Of a stretch of DNA of 61,794 nucleotides, positions 10,650 through 20,679 are shown in pieces. The DNA is taken from contig CAKSDT010000001.1 in assembly GCA_934446135.1 (NCBI GenBank), positions 1 to 61,794 of the forward strand, given 5' to 3'. The notes beneath the pieces are model-generated. The model worked only from the letters and a program-made list of their open reading frames with translations. It searched no databases and was not told the origin of the DNA. The translations under genes and the position numbers were made by a program. The number at the start of each line of letters is the position of its first letter. Within the stretch, counting starts at the first letter, position 1. This DNA comes from an uncultured Clostridia bacterium (GTDB lineage Bacteria; Bacillota; Clostridia; RGIG6154).

Positions 10650-11993
10650 TTATGCGTTTTCGCTTTTCTTTGAAAGAACAAGGTTTGTGATGATACCGAG
10701 TATCAATGCACAAGCAATTTCAGTAAGTGTAACCTGACCGATTTTAAGTGTCATTCCGCCGATACCTGCAATTAAGATAACAGATACTACAAAGAGGTTT
10801 TTGTTGTCGCCGAGGTCAACTCCCTGCACCATTTTAAGACCGCTTACTGCGATAAATCCGTAAAGTGTTACGCACACACCGCCCATTACACAAGAAGGAA
10901 TTGTTGCAAGGAATGTTACGAACGGACCGAAGAATGAGATAACTATTGCCATTATTGCAGTTGCAAGAATTGTTATTACAGAAGCGTTTCCTGTTATTGC
11001 AACGCATCCTACAGATTCACCGTATGTTGTGTTGGGACAGCCGCCGAAAAATGCACCCAACATTGAACCTACGCCGTCACCCAAAAGTGTTCTGTGAAGT
11101 CCGGGTTCTTCTAAAAGGTCTCTTCCGATAACAGATGAAAGATTTTTGTGATCTGCAATGTGTTCCGCAAATACTACGAATGCAACAGGAATGTAAGCAA
11201 CTGCAACCGTAGCGATGTATTTTGCATCAACTGCCGCAAATCCCTTAGATGCCTTTAAGAATGTGAAATCAGGATACCACTGCATATTGTTAAAGAGTGA
11301 AAAATCAATGATTTTAAATGTATCGTTTCCTGTCATAAAACCGATTCCGGTAAATGCTGCCGCAACTGCATAACCTGCAAGTATACCTAAGATGAAAGGA
11401 ATAAGTTTTGTCATTTTTTTGCCGTATACCGAGCAAAGAACTACAACGAAAAGTGTTACCAATGCACAGATAAATCCGATCCAGCCTTTTGCTGTCATAG
11501 CATAAACTGAGTTTGCTGCGTCGAATTCTGCAAATTTGAGCATATCTCCGATAGCATTTCCTGAAAGCGAAAGACCGATTATTGCAACTGTAGGTCCGAT
11601 TACAACAGGAGGCATAAGTTTGTTAATCCATTTAACACCGAGACATTTAACAAGTATTGCAAGAACAACATAAACAAGACCTGCAAATATTGCACCGATT
11701 ATAAGACCTGCATGGCCTGCTTCAACAGAAACGGCACCTGCAAATGCTGCAAACATTGAACCTAAGAAAGCGAATGATGAACCCAAGAATACAGGGCTTC
11801 TGAATTTTGTGAACAAAAGATAGATAATTGTTCCTACGCCTGCACCGAAAAGTGCTGCAGACTGTGACATACCGTTTTGAATGATAGACGGAACAGCGAT
11901 TGTAGCCGCAAGAATTGCAAGTAACTGCTGGAATGCGAATACTAAGAGTTGTCCGAACTTTGGTTTGTCGTTAATGTCGTAAATAAGTTTCAT
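10650..11993 (-). CDS. pyrP: Uracil permease (NCS2 family)
   Basis: Polytopic ORF. I prefer the start at internal M19 (MKLIYDINDKPKFGQLL), which is preceded by GGAGGAAG (reverse complement of 12001-12008). Confidence 0.85.
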   Translation of the reverse strand: MKLIYDINDKPKFGQLLVFAFQQLLAILAATIAVPSIIQNGMSQSAALFGAGVGTIIYLLFTKFRSPVFLGSSFAFLGSMFAAFAGAVSVEAGHAGLIIGAIFAGLVYVVLAILVKCLGVKWINKLMPPVVIGPTVAIIGLSLSGNAIGDMLKFAEFDAANSVYAMTAKGWIGFICALVTLFVVVLCSVYGKKMTKLIPFILGILAGYAVAAAFTGIGFMTGNDTFKIIDFSLFNNMQWYPDFTFLKASKGFAAVDAKYIATVAVAYIPVAFVVFAEHIADHKNLSSVIGRDLLEEPGLHRTLLGDGVGSMLGAFFGGCPNTTYGESVGCVAITGNASVITILATAIMAIVISFFGPFVTFLATIPSCVMGGVCVTLYGFIAVSGLKMVQGVDLGDNKNLFVVSVILIAGIGGMTLKIGQVTLTEIACALILGIITNLVLSKKSENA

Positions 11994-12043
11994 AAAAACT
12001 TCCTCCGATAAAATAAAATTTTTAAAAGTTATCTTCTTTAGAC

Positions 12044-12190
12044 ACAAAAAATCTTGCTTTACGCAGAGTTAAAGCAAGATTGCAAATCAAAATTCACTGT
12101 GTTCAATCTTGTTGATGTCTCTGCATCAAATTAAAGATATCTTTTAACTAAGGAAAGTATATCACACCTTCTCCGATATGTCAATATAAA
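12044..12190 (-). promoter_or_regulatory. PyrR-type transcription attenuator in the pyrP-pyrR leader
   Basis: On the minus strand a hairpin GATG-CAGAGA-CATC (12114-12127) resembles the PyrR binding loop. A possible antiterminator pairs CAAGATTG with CAATCTTG. A terminator AATCTTGCTTTA-loop-TAAAGCAAGATT + TTTTT lies at 12044-12081. Confidence 0.5.
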
Positions 12191-12192
12191 TT

Positions 12193-13275
12193 TTAAAAAT
12201 CAAGTTGGTTTTTGTCGACATACTGTGAAATGAGTTTTGCAAATTCGGGTTTTGAGTCGATTTTTAAAAGTTTCATCATTCTTTTTGCCCTGTATTTTAC
12301 AGTGTTTTCGGATGAAAAAAGCAGTGAGGCAATTTCCTCATATGTTTTTTCCTCTATAATGAATTTAAGTATGCAAAAATCAATTTCTTCACAGTCGTTA
12401 AGAAGATTTTCTATGTTAATAATCTCATTAACAGTTTTGTCTTCATAAAAATCTATATCTCTTCCGGCATAGGTTTTTCTCGGCGGAGAAAAGGAAGGAA
12501 GAGAAAAATCGGTAGTTTTGTTTACTTTAAGTTCCGACGGAATTTTTATTGTTACACTTAAGGGCACGCTGCTTCTTGTTATATACGACGAAATTCTTAC
12601 CGCCTGAATACCCAGTTCCGAATGGTTTAAGGAAACTGAAGTTATTCCCGGGTTAAAACATTTGCCTATAAGAGTGTTTCCGAAACTTATAACAAACATA
12701 TCCTCCGGGACTTTTATGCTTTCTGAATCAAGATTTTTAATAAGCGAAACTGCCGCAATATCGTTTGAACATATAACTGAATTGTATTTTTTGATATTTT
12801 GTGCGAATTCCGAAAAGCATTCTTTCAGATTTCCGTTATTATAGTAGACATCTTTATCGGTAAATCTTTCGAGAAAACATTTTTCTTTTACCTTATCGGC
12901 CGAGGAGTTTGGATTAATTCCGTAAAGGGCAATATTTTCCCTTTTGCAGGCACAAAGATAATCCATACAAAGTCTTGCTGCCGATATATGGTCAATCAGG
13001 ACAAGACTTGTGTTGTCAAGACCGTTTTCGGGTCTGTAACTTATTATAATGGTATGAATTCCCAACAAATTGAGTTTTTCGTGCGTTTTTTCCATCCAGG
13101 AAGTTGATGTTCCGATCAGTATTACTGTTTTGGTCATGCTTTTTGTGACGCTTTCAGGGTCGGTTATAACGATTTCATATCTTTTTTGCTTTGCACAGTG
13201 CTTTATTCCCGAAACAGTTTGTCTGCACCATATTGAGTTTTTGTAATTCGGTTCGGTAATAACATAAATTATCAT
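12193..13275 (-). CDS. Transcriptional regulator: sugar-binding (LacI/PBP-like) sensor domain + C-terminal LuxR-type HTH
   Basis: ORF 12193..13320; the likely start is M16 (MIIYVITEPNYKN). The C-terminus EIASLLFSSENTVKYRAKRMMKLLKI is a LuxR/GerE-type HTH. Confidence 0.6.
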   Translation of the reverse strand: MIIYVITEPNYKNSIWCRQTVSGIKHCAKQKRYEIVITDPESVTKSMTKTVILIGTSTSWMEKTHEKLNLLGIHTIIISYRPENGLDNTSLVLIDHISAARLCMDYLCACKRENIALYGINPNSSADKVKEKCFLERFTDKDVYYNNGNLKECFSEFAQNIKKYNSVICSNDIAAVSLIKNLDSESIKVPEDMFVISFGNTLIGKCFNPGITSVSLNHSELGIQAVRISSYITRSSVPLSVTIKIPSELKVNKTTDFSLPSFSPPRKTYAGRDIDFYEDKTVNEIINIENLLNDCEEIDFCILKFIIEEKTYEEIASLLFSSENTVKYRAKRMMKLLKIDSKPEFAKLISQYVDKNQLDF

Positions 13276-13430
13276 AAAATCACCGTACATAATTATATAG
13301 TAGAAAATTCTGTATGTCAACGAGGGCGGTAAAAAAATATGTAAAATTTACCCGAATTTTTGTATTGAAAAAAACTATGCAGGTTGATATCATAATAGTA
13401 GAATAAATTATAAAAAGAGAGGGAAACGAA

Positions 13431-16400
13431 ATGGAAAATGTTTTGGTTAATGTAGGAAAAATAGCAATTCCGACATACAGAGAACCTGCGGCAGAAGAAA
13501 TGCCTATGTTTTCTGAAAACAGAGTTCATCAGAGAACAAGCGGAAGACCTTATCCCAATCATGTGGTTTTAGAGGTTGACAGAGAGCACAGAGAAGAAAA
13601 AGAATACGAATGTATTACTTTGGAAAATAAATATATCAAAATTGAAATTCTTCCCGAAATCGGCGGCAGAATTTATTCTGCTTACGATAAAACAACGGGA
13701 TATGACTTTTTCTACAAGCAGCATGTTATTAAACCTGCACTTATAGGCTGTTTGGGTTCGTGGGTTTCGGGCGGTGTTGAATTTAACTGGCCTTTCCACC
13801 ACAGAGCATCAACATTTATGCCGGTTGACTATTATATTGAAAATGAGGCTGACGGCGGTGCTATAGTGTGGCTTTCGGAACACGATCCGATTGAAAGAAT
13901 GAAGGGTATGGTAGGTGTTTGCTTAAAACCCGATTCCGCAATATTCGAAACAAGAATGAAACTTTGCAACAGAACGCCTGTTACAAGCACATTCCTTTGG
14001 TGGGAAAATGCAGCCGTTCCGGTTAACAAACAGTATCAGATTTTCTATCCTCAGGATGTTTCATATGTAAGATTCCATTATAAACGCTCAGTTACAACAT
14101 TCCCGGTTGCATCAAACGCAACAGGCGTGTTTAACGGTATAAGATACGACGGACCTACGGATATCTCAATGCACAAAAACACAATTCAGCCTACATCGTA
14201 CTTCAGTGCCGATTCAAAATATGATTTCTTCGGCGGATATGACCACGGCAAAAACTGCGGTGTCGTTCATGTTGCAAATCATCACACTGCTCCGGGTAAA
14301 AAAATGTTTACATGGGCATATAATCAACTTTCTCGGTCCTGGGAAAAAGCACTTACAGATACAGACGGTGCTTATGCAGAACTTATGGCAGGTTCATTTT
14401 CCGACAATCAGCCTGATTTTGCGTGGATTGAACCTTATGAAACAAAAAACTTCTCGCAGTTCTGGTATCCTATCGGTGCGTTGGGTATCCCCGTGTTTGC
14501 AAACTTAAACGGTGCTTTAAGTTGGAATGAAGAAAAACTTGCAATCCAGCCTACAACAGAAATAGGTGATGTTACTGTCACTGTTACGGATAAAGAAGGT
14601 AATACGGTTGTTTCCGAAAAAGCAAATCTTATGCCCGGAAAACAATTCGTATTAAACGGAAATTACTTTAAAACAGGAAACAAAGTTTCCGTTACTGACA
14701 GTGACGGAAAAGAACTTATGGCTTATGAAATCGAAGTTAAGGAAGTTTACAATATTCCTAAAACAACGGAAGATATGCCTAACTTCAAAAAAGTTCAGAC
14801 CGCACAGGAACTTTATATGGAAGGCGTTCATGTGTTCCAGTACAGAGATCCTGCAATTCTTCCGGATTCATATTGGCTTGAAGCAATTAAAAGAGATCCC
14901 GAACATTATCCGTCACTTCTGGCACTTGCAGACTTTTACTACAGAAGAGCGGAATATGAAACTGCACTTTGTTATGCAAACAGGGGTCTTGACGCTCTTA
15001 CACATTATAACAAAAGAACACCTACCGGTGAGGCATATTTCAAAATCGGTCTTATTCTTAATAAAATGGGTGATACCGACAAGGCTTATGACAACTTCTG
15101 GAAAGCAAGTTGGAATATGGATTATTACGCTGCTGCTATGACCCAGATTGCCGCTATCGACTCAAAAAGAGGCGATTTTGACAAAATGGAAGAACACAGC
15201 AACAATGCAATTATGTATAATGCACAGAATCCTGTTGCTTTGGTATATAATGCAATTGCTTCCTGCAAACTCGGCAAAAAAGACGAGGCTGCCGAGAAAA
15301 TTGAAAAAATTCTTAAAAGCGATCCTCTCAATCATCTTGCAAGATTTATGTTTGCAAGACTCGGAAAGATGACTGAAAAAGAATTTTACGCAGGACTTAA
15401 TTCAGATCCCTCGCAGACCTGCCTTGATCTCGCATTCAATTTATGCGATGCCGGACTTTGCGATATAGCAAAAGAACTTCTTAAAGGACTTGCTGATAAT
15501 GCAGATTATGTATCGCCTATGGTATATTACGTGCTTGGCGATTTTGAGAAGGCACAGAAGACCGAACTTAAGAGTTCGTTTGCTTTCAGACTCGAAGAAA
15601 AGAAAGTTCTTCTCAAAGCAATTGCTGAAAATGAGAAAGATGCAAAAGCGTGGTACTATTACGGATGCCTTGAATATGACAAGAATCAGTATAAACTTGC
15701 TGAAGAGGCATTTAAGAAATCTATTGATGCAGATCCGTCTTTCTATATTCCTTACAGAAATCTTGCGGCTTTGTATTTCAGCCACTTAGACAGAAAAGAC
15801 GAAGTCCTCGCACTTCTTAAAAAGGCACTTGAACTTCATCCTATGGATCAGCAGCTTGTATTTGAAACAGTTTATGTAATGGGTAAACTCGGAGTTGACC
15901 CCGAAGAAAGAATCGAGTTCTTAAAGAAAAACACATCAGACAAAATGAGAGATGATATTTATCTTGAGTGGGCAAGGGCATACAATCAAAACAATCAGCC
16001 CGAAAAGGCACTTGAACTTCTCTTAAGCCATACATTTGTTCCGTGTGAGGGCGGAGAACACGCAAATGCAGAACAGTATATGTTTGCACATCACCTTATG
16101 GGAAGAAAACTTTATAAAGAAGGTAAGTTTGAAGAAGCACTTAAGCACTTTGAAGATGCTCAGGTACTTCCGGACAGTTTGGGAGCGGGCCTTTGGAATG
16201 AATGCAGACTTGTTCCCCAGCAGTTCTATCAGGCAAAATGCCTTGATAAACTCGGTAGGGAAAAGGAAGCAGTTGAAATTTACAAACATATCCTTTGTCT
16301 TAAGATTGATTATTTCTCGGAAATGCACTTAAGAGAACTTCCTTATTATCAGGCACTTTCTTATGTAAGACTCGGAGAAGAACTTGAGGGAAGGTTCCTT

Positions 16401-16649
16401 ATAAACAACTACTTCAGAGACTGGACTCTTGCAGTTAAATCGGAAGATCCGGGATATTTCGGAACAACACCGTTCTTTATTTCATATATTGACAAACCCG
16501 AAGAAGCAAGAGAAGCATACTACAGATATCTTGTAGGGTTTACAAAACGCTATATGGGAGACTTAAAAGGTGCTGAGAAAGATTTTGCGGCAGCCTCAAT
16601 GCTCGACCCGTCAAATCTTAACTATATGCTTGAAAAGGAATTTAATTAA
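13431..16649 (+). CDS. Large TPR-repeat protein with a DUF5107-like N-terminal domain
   Basis: 1072-aa ORF. The C-terminal two thirds show TPR-like repeats (YYRRAEYETALCYANRGL, KAWYYYGCLEYDKNQYKLAEEAFKKSIDADP). It is divergent from the regulator at 12193. Confidence 0.55.
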   Translation: MENVLVNVGKIAIPTYREPAAEEMPMFSENRVHQRTSGRPYPNHVVLEVDREHREEKEYECITLENKYIKIEILPEIGGRIYSAYDKTTGYDFFYKQHVIKPALIGCLGSWVSGGVEFNWPFHHRASTFMPVDYYIENEADGGAIVWLSEHDPIERMKGMVGVCLKPDSAIFETRMKLCNRTPVTSTFLWWENAAVPVNKQYQIFYPQDVSYVRFHYKRSVTTFPVASNATGVFNGIRYDGPTDISMHKNTIQPTSYFSADSKYDFFGGYDHGKNCGVVHVANHHTAPGKKMFTWAYNQLSRSWEKALTDTDGAYAELMAGSFSDNQPDFAWIEPYETKNFSQFWYPIGALGIPVFANLNGALSWNEEKLAIQPTTEIGDVTVTVTDKEGNTVVSEKANLMPGKQFVLNGNYFKTGNKVSVTDSDGKELMAYEIEVKEVYNIPKTTEDMPNFKKVQTAQELYMEGVHVFQYRDPAILPDSYWLEAIKRDPEHYPSLLALADFYYRRAEYETALCYANRGLDALTHYNKRTPTGEAYFKIGLILNKMGDTDKAYDNFWKASWNMDYYAAAMTQIAAIDSKRGDFDKMEEHSNNAIMYNAQNPVALVYNAIASCKLGKKDEAAEKIEKILKSDPLNHLARFMFARLGKMTEKEFYAGLNSDPSQTCLDLAFNLCDAGLCDIAKELLKGLADNADYVSPMVYYVLGDFEKAQKTELKSSFAFRLEEKKVLLKAIAENEKDAKAWYYYGCLEYDKNQYKLAEEAFKKSIDADPSFYIPYRNLAALYFSHLDRKDEVLALLKKALELHPMDQQLVFETVYVMGKLGVDPEERIEFLKKNTSDKMRDDIYLEWARAYNQNNQPEKALELLLSHTFVPCEGGEHANAEQYMFAHHLMGRKLYKEGKFEEALKHFEDAQVLPDSLGAGLWNECRLVPQQFYQAKCLDKLGREKEAVEIYKHILCLKIDYFSEMHLRELPYYQALSYVRLGEELEGRFLINNYFRDWTLAVKSEDPGYFGTTPFFISYIDKPEEAREAYYRYLVGFTKRYMGDLKGAEKDFAAASMLDPSNLNYMLEKEFN

Positions 16650-16663
16650 CAAATAAAACAACC

Positions 16664-16700
16664 TTTCCGCAGACGGATTCCGTCTGCGGAAAAGTTTCTT
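16664..16700 (+). terminator. Intrinsic terminator
   Basis: 12-bp perfect stem TTTCCGCAGACG / CGTCTGCGGAAA with loop GATTC, followed by a T-rich tail. Confidence 0.7.
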
Positions 16701-16719
16701 AAAAATGGGTTTAAATTAC

Positions 16720-16748
16720 TTGACAACAGGCAAAGAATGTGATATATT
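16720..16748 (+). promoter_or_regulatory. Sigma-A type promoter upstream of rpmG-secE-nusG
   Basis: TTGACA (16720-16725), 17-nt spacer, TATATT (16743-16748). Confidence 0.5.
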
Positions 16749-16873
16749 ATTAACTAATCCTGTCGAAGTTTAAAAACAGGTTTATTATTATTGTGTAAAA
16801 AAACAGAAATGCAGTGTAGTTAAAGCACTGTTAAACACTTTGATTTACACTGTTAAAATACGGAGGTAACACG

Positions 16874-17023
16874 ATGCGTACAAAAATTACATTGGCTTGC
16901 ACAGAATGTAAGCAGAGAAATTATGACACAATGAAAAACAAAAAAAATACACCTGACAGAATCGAAATGAACAAATACTGCAGATTCTGCGGCAAACATA
17001 CTCTTCATAAAGAAACAAAATAG
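16874..17023 (+). CDS. rpmG: 50S ribosomal protein L33
   Basis: Below the ORF-track size cutoff. My translation is [49 protein letters not shown], with RBS GGAGG upstream. Confidence 0.9.
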   Translation: MRTKITLACTECKQRNYDTMKNKKNTPDRIEMNKYCRFCGKHTLHKETK

Positions 17024-17066
17024 TAATTTTCTTTTGCTAAATTGTAAAAGTTAGGGGGTAACTGAT

Positions 17067-17291
17067 ATGGCAATGGGCGAAAATTCCGCAAAGCCGTCAT
17101 TTATTAAAAAGATTGCTGATTATTTTAAAAGCGTAAAGGGCGAATTTAAGAAAATTGTTTGGCCTTCAAAGGAAAGCGTTATTAAAAATACCGGTGTAGT
17201 TATTGCATACTGTATTATAATCGGCGTTATAGTTTTTTTACTTGATATGTTATTCAGCTGGGTATTTAATCTGGTAGTCGGATTGCTCTGA
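17067..17291 (+). CDS. secE: Preprotein translocase subunit SecE
   Basis: 74-aa ORF with a single C-terminal TM helix and the motif FKKIVWPSKE; conserved position between rpmG and nusG. Confidence 0.85.
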   Translation: MAMGENSAKPSFIKKIADYFKSVKGEFKKIVWPSKESVIKNTGVVIAYCIIIGVIVFLLDMLFSWVFNLVVGLL

Positions 17292-17331
17292 TATCTTCCT
17301 TTTGAATTCATATTAAAAAGGAGGATTAAAT

Positions 17332-17859
17332 ATGGCTCAGGAAGCAAACTGGTATGTTGTTCACACCTATTCGGGTTATGAGAACAAGGTTAAGGTTAAT
17401 CTTGAAAAGACTATAGAAAATAATAATCTTCAACATATGTTTTTTGACATTAAGGTTCCTATGGAAGAAGTTATAGAGGCAACAAAAGACGGTCAGAAAA
17501 AGAGTGTTATGAAAAAACTTCTCCCCGGTTATATTATTGTCAAAATGATTATGAACGATTTTAGTTGGTATATTGTCCGTAATACAAGGGGCGTAACCGG
17601 ATTTGTAGGTCCGGGGTCTAAGCCCGTTCCTTTGACGGAAGAGGAAATCGAAAGGCTCGGCTTTGAGGAAAAAACATTTAATATCTACTATAAAGTCGGT
17701 GATAATGTTAAAATCACAAGCGAGGCATTTAAAGATTTTGTCGGAATTGTTGAAGAAATTAACCTTGAAAGAGAAAAAGTCAGAGTTTCTGTATCAATGT
17801 TTGGAAGAGAAACTCCGGTTGAACTTGAGTTTAATCAGGTTGAACCTTTAGATTATTGA
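17332..17859 (+). CDS. nusG: Transcription termination/antitermination factor NusG
   Basis: 175-aa ORF starting WYVVHTYSGYENKV (NGN domain) with a C-terminal KOW (VGDNVKITSEAFKDFVGIVEEI). Confidence 0.95.
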   Translation: MAQEANWYVVHTYSGYENKVKVNLEKTIENNNLQHMFFDIKVPMEEVIEATKDGQKKSVMKKLLPGYIIVKMIMNDFSWYIVRNTRGVTGFVGPGSKPVPLTEEEIERLGFEEKTFNIYYKVGDNVKITSEAFKDFVGIVEEINLEREKVRVSVSMFGRETPVELEFNQVEPLDY

Positions 17860-17987
17860 TATATGTGCTTTTTGCGTATATATAGATTAGTGGGAGAGTA
17901 ACTCACTCGCTAAGACCCTTAAGTAAGACCTTTTTGGATTTATGAAATTAGGGTCAATACCACATTTATATGAAGGAGGTGCTTTAA

Positions 17988-18413
17988 ATGGCACAGAAAG
18001 TTGTAGGTTACATTAAGTTGCAAATTCCTGCAGGCAAAGCAACACCGGCTCCACCGGTAGGTCCTGCACTCGGTCAGCACGGTGTTAATATCGTTCAGTT
18101 CACAAAAGAATGCAACGAAAAGACAGCAAAGGATATGGGTCTTATTATTCCTGTTGTAATAACAGTATATGCAGACAGATCATTTACTTTTATTACTAAG
18201 ACGCCGCCTGCTGCAGTTCTTCTTAAAAAGGCTTGTAAAATCGAAAGCGGTTCAGGTGTTCCTAACAAGACAAAAGTTGCATCTATTTCAAAAGACGCTT
18301 TGAAACAGATTGCGGAACAGAAAATGCCTGACCTTAACGCAGCATCTGTTGAGGCTGCTATGAGTATGATAGCCGGAACTGCTCGCAGTATGGGTATCAC
18401 AGTAGAAGAATAA
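17988..18413 (+). CDS. rplK: 50S ribosomal protein L11
   Basis: 141-aa ORF; [26 protein letters not shown] is the L11 signature. Confidence 0.95.
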   Translation: MAQKVVGYIKLQIPAGKATPAPPVGPALGQHGVNIVQFTKECNEKTAKDMGLIIPVVITVYADRSFTFITKTPPAAVLLKKACKIESGSGVPNKTKVASISKDALKQIAEQKMPDLNAASVEAAMSMIAGTARSMGITVEE

Positions 18414-18485
18414 TTTTTTTGACCTGTATTTTAGGTCAAGTGGGAGGAAAAACTTTCCGCTTAAACCACTTAAGGAGGATTTATT

Positions 18486-19181
18486 GTGAAAAGAGGTAAG
18501 AAATATTTAGAGAGTGCAAAACTCATCGACAGAACTAAATCATATGACGCTGTTGAGGGTCTTGACCTTGTTGTTAAGGCTTCAAAAGCAAAATTTGATG
18601 AAACAGTTGAATGTCATGTAAGATTGGGTGTTGACTCAAGACATGCAGATCAGCAGGTTAGAGGTGCAGTTATACTTCCTAACGGAACAGGTAAGACTGC
18701 AAGAGTTTTGGTTTTTGCTAAAGGCGAAAAGATAGACGAAGCACAGAATGCAGGTGCTGATTTTGTAGGTTCAGATGAATTGGTTGCCAAAATTCAGGGT
18801 GAAAACTGGTTCGATTTTGATGTTGTAGTTGCAACTCCCGATATGATGGGTGTTGTAGGCAGATTGGGTAAGGTTTTAGGTCCTAAAGGATTAATGCCAA
18901 GCCCGAAAGCAGGTACTGTTACTATGGATGTTGCTAAAGCAGTTTCTGAAATCAAATCCGGTAAAGTAGAGTACAAGCTTGACAAAACAAATATTATTCA
19001 TTGCCCGATCGGTAAAGTATCTTTCGGCAAAGAAAAACTTGCTGAAAACTTTAACACACTTTTGGGTGCTATTGTTAGGTCGAAACCTTCTGCTGCAAAA
19101 GGTCAGTATTTAAGAAGTGTAACATTGGCTTCAACAATGGGTCCGGCTGTTAAAATCAACCCCGGTAAACTCGGAGAATAA
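18486..19181 (+). CDS. rplA: 50S ribosomal protein L1
   Basis: 231-aa ORF with a GTG start after GGAGGA; [14 protein letters not shown] and [15 protein letters not shown] motifs. Confidence 0.95.
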   Translation: MKRGKKYLESAKLIDRTKSYDAVEGLDLVVKASKAKFDETVECHVRLGVDSRHADQQVRGAVILPNGTGKTARVLVFAKGEKIDEAQNAGADFVGSDELVAKIQGENWFDFDVVVATPDMMGVVGRLGKVLGPKGLMPSPKAGTVTMDVAKAVSEIKSGKVEYKLDKTNIIHCPIGKVSFGKEKLAENFNTLLGAIVRSKPSAAKGQYLRSVTLASTMGPAVKINPGKLGE

Positions 19182-19187
19182 TTTTTG

Positions 19188-19216
19188 TTGACAATCGGAA
19201 TGATTTGTGATATAAT
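19188..19216 (+). promoter_or_regulatory. Consensus sigma-A promoter for rplJ-rplL
   Basis: TTGACA (19188-19193), 17-nt spacer, TATAAT (19211-19216). Confidence 0.6.
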
Positions 19217-19395
19217 CCATTCCGTTGAAAAATTAAATATTTATCCGCAGACAGCAGGGGCTTTTATTAAGCATAATATTCCTGCCGAGGAATCTTTTAA
19301 GTTATAAATATTAACTATCAGAGGTTTTCGTGTTCTGCGAAAACCTTTACTTTTTGTAAAGGTTTGACAGAATTAATTTAAAAGAGGTGAAAAAT
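19217..19395 (+). promoter_or_regulatory. L10 (rplJ) leader with terminator-like hairpin
   Basis: ~180-nt structured leader between the promoter and rplJ. It contains the hairpin AGGTTTTCG-loop-CGAAAACCT (19322-19346) followed by TTACTTTTT. The position and length fit the Firmicutes L10 autoregulatory leader. Confidence 0.5.
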
Positions 19396-19911
19396 ATGCC
19401 AAACGCACAGGTTCTTGAACAGAAGAAAGAAATCGTTAAAAATCTTGCTGAAAGATTTAAAGAATCTGCAACAGGTGTTTTCGTAACATATTCAGGCTTG
19501 AGTGTTGCAAAAGACACAGAACTCAGAGCAAAACTCCGTGAAGCCGGCGTTGAGTACACAGTTATCAAAAACACACTTGCAAGATTTGCAGCCAACGAAA
19601 TCGGTTTTGAATCACTTTCAGACATTTTTAACGGAACAACTGCAGTTGCAACACATCCTACAGATGTTGTAGCACCGGCAAAAGTTTTAGCAGAATTTAT
19701 CAGTGCAAATCCCGAACAGCCCGGTATTGAAATCAAAGCCGGATTTGTTGAAGGAAAAGTTGTTGATTTGAGCGAAATAATAGCACTTTCAAAAGTACCT
19801 TCAAAAGAAACACTTCTTACTATGCTTGCTTGTGGCTTGAATGCAAATATCGCAAATCTTGCCCGTGCAATTAATGCAGTTAAGGAGCAGAAGGAAGCAG
19901 CAGAAGCATAA
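19396..19911 (+). CDS. rplJ: 50S ribosomal protein L10
   Basis: The ORF track starts at GTG 19387. I prefer ATG 19396 (MPNAQVLEQKKEIV), which has AGAGGTG 6 nt upstream. Confidence 0.95.
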   Translation: MPNAQVLEQKKEIVKNLAERFKESATGVFVTYSGLSVAKDTELRAKLREAGVEYTVIKNTLARFAANEIGFESLSDIFNGTTAVATHPTDVVAPAKVLAEFISANPEQPGIEIKAGFVEGKVVDLSEIIALSKVPSKETLLTMLACGLNANIANLARAINAVKEQKEAAEA

Positions 19912-19971
19912 TTCTGTTATGTTAAAAATTTTAAGTTTGAAAATTATATTTTAATTATGGAGGAAAATAAA

Positions 19972-20346
19972 ATGAGCGAAAAAATTACAGCGATTATTGA
20001 AGAAGTTAAAGCTCTTTCAGTTCTTGAATTATCAGAACTTGTAAAAGCAATTGAAGAAGAATTCGGAGTATCAGCAGCAGCTCCCGTAGCAGTTGCAGGT
20101 GCAGCAGTTGCAGGCGGTGCAGCAGCAGAAGAAAAATCAGAATTTGATGTTGTTCTTGCTGAAGCAGGTGCTGAAAAAATCAAAGTTATCAAAGTTGTTA
20201 GAGAAATCACAGGTCTTGGACTTAAAGAAGCAAAAGACATGGTTGACGGTGCTCCTAAAACAATTAAAGAAGCAGCAGGTAAAGACGAAGCTGAAGAAAT
20301 CAAGGCTAAACTTGAAGAAGTTGGAGCAAAGGTTGAACTTAAATAA
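19972..20346 (+). CDS. rplL: 50S ribosomal protein L7/L12
   Basis: The start is taken at [13 protein letters not shown] (GGAGG 8 nt upstream). It has an Ala-rich hinge and the C-terminal [16 protein letters not shown] motif. Confidence 0.95.
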   Translation: MSEKITAIIEEVKALSVLELSELVKAIEEEFGVSAAAPVAVAGAAVAGGAAAEEKSEFDVVLAEAGAEKIKVIKVVREITGLGLKEAKDMVDGAPKTIKEAAGKDEAEEIKAKLEEVGAKVELK

Positions 20347-20386
20347 GTTTGATTTAATTGCGGTTTGATTTTATATTAAAAACCTG

Positions 20387-20416
20387 AACGGTGTAGATTT
20401 TCTGCACCGTTTTTAA
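20387..20416 (+). terminator. Intrinsic terminator after rplL
   Basis: Stem AACGGTGTAG / CTGCACCGTT (one G-U pair) followed by TTTTT. Confidence 0.7.
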
Positions 20417-20480
20417 ATTTCAAAAAAATTCCTGTAGAGAAAATAAAGATAAGGCATATAATATTAATGAGGTGAGTTAT

Positions 20481-20630
20481 ATGTCTAATTACAAAAACAA
20501 AATTCCTCTTTATAAGACTATGCCCACATTAAACGGATTAAGAAAGGCTAATGACGGAACCAATGTAAAAATCCCCTCCATTGAAGATGTCGAACAACTT
20601 AAAAACTTTTCTGTGGAGCATAAACTTTAA
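20481..20630 (+). CDS. Small hypothetical protein (49 aa)
   Basis: Below the ORF-track cutoff; translates to MSNYKNKIPLYKTMPTLNGLRKANDGTNVKIPSIEDVEQLKNFSVEHKL. It has RBS GAGGTGA 6 nt upstream and a strong terminator immediately after. Confidence 0.4.
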   Translation: MSNYKNKIPLYKTMPTLNGLRKANDGTNVKIPSIEDVEQLKNFSVEHKL

Positions 20631-20634
20631 ATAA

Positions 20635-20675
20635 AAGAAGGTGTAAAAAATATTTTTTACACCTTCTTGTTTTAT
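20635..20675. terminator. Bidirectional intrinsic terminator
   Basis: 16-bp stem AAGAAGGTGTAAAAAA / TTTTTTACACCTTCTT between convergent genes. Confidence 0.7.
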
Positions 20676-20679
20676 TATG

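Noticed and set aside
13317-13562. 81-aa minus-strand ORF in the divergent intergenic region, and numerous 60-146-aa ORFs inside the 1072-aa TPR gene (for example 14206..14508, 14701..15141, 15441..15785).
   Set aside because: They have no RBS and overlap a long, well-supported ORF or its promoter region. Their composition is typical of off-frame translation.
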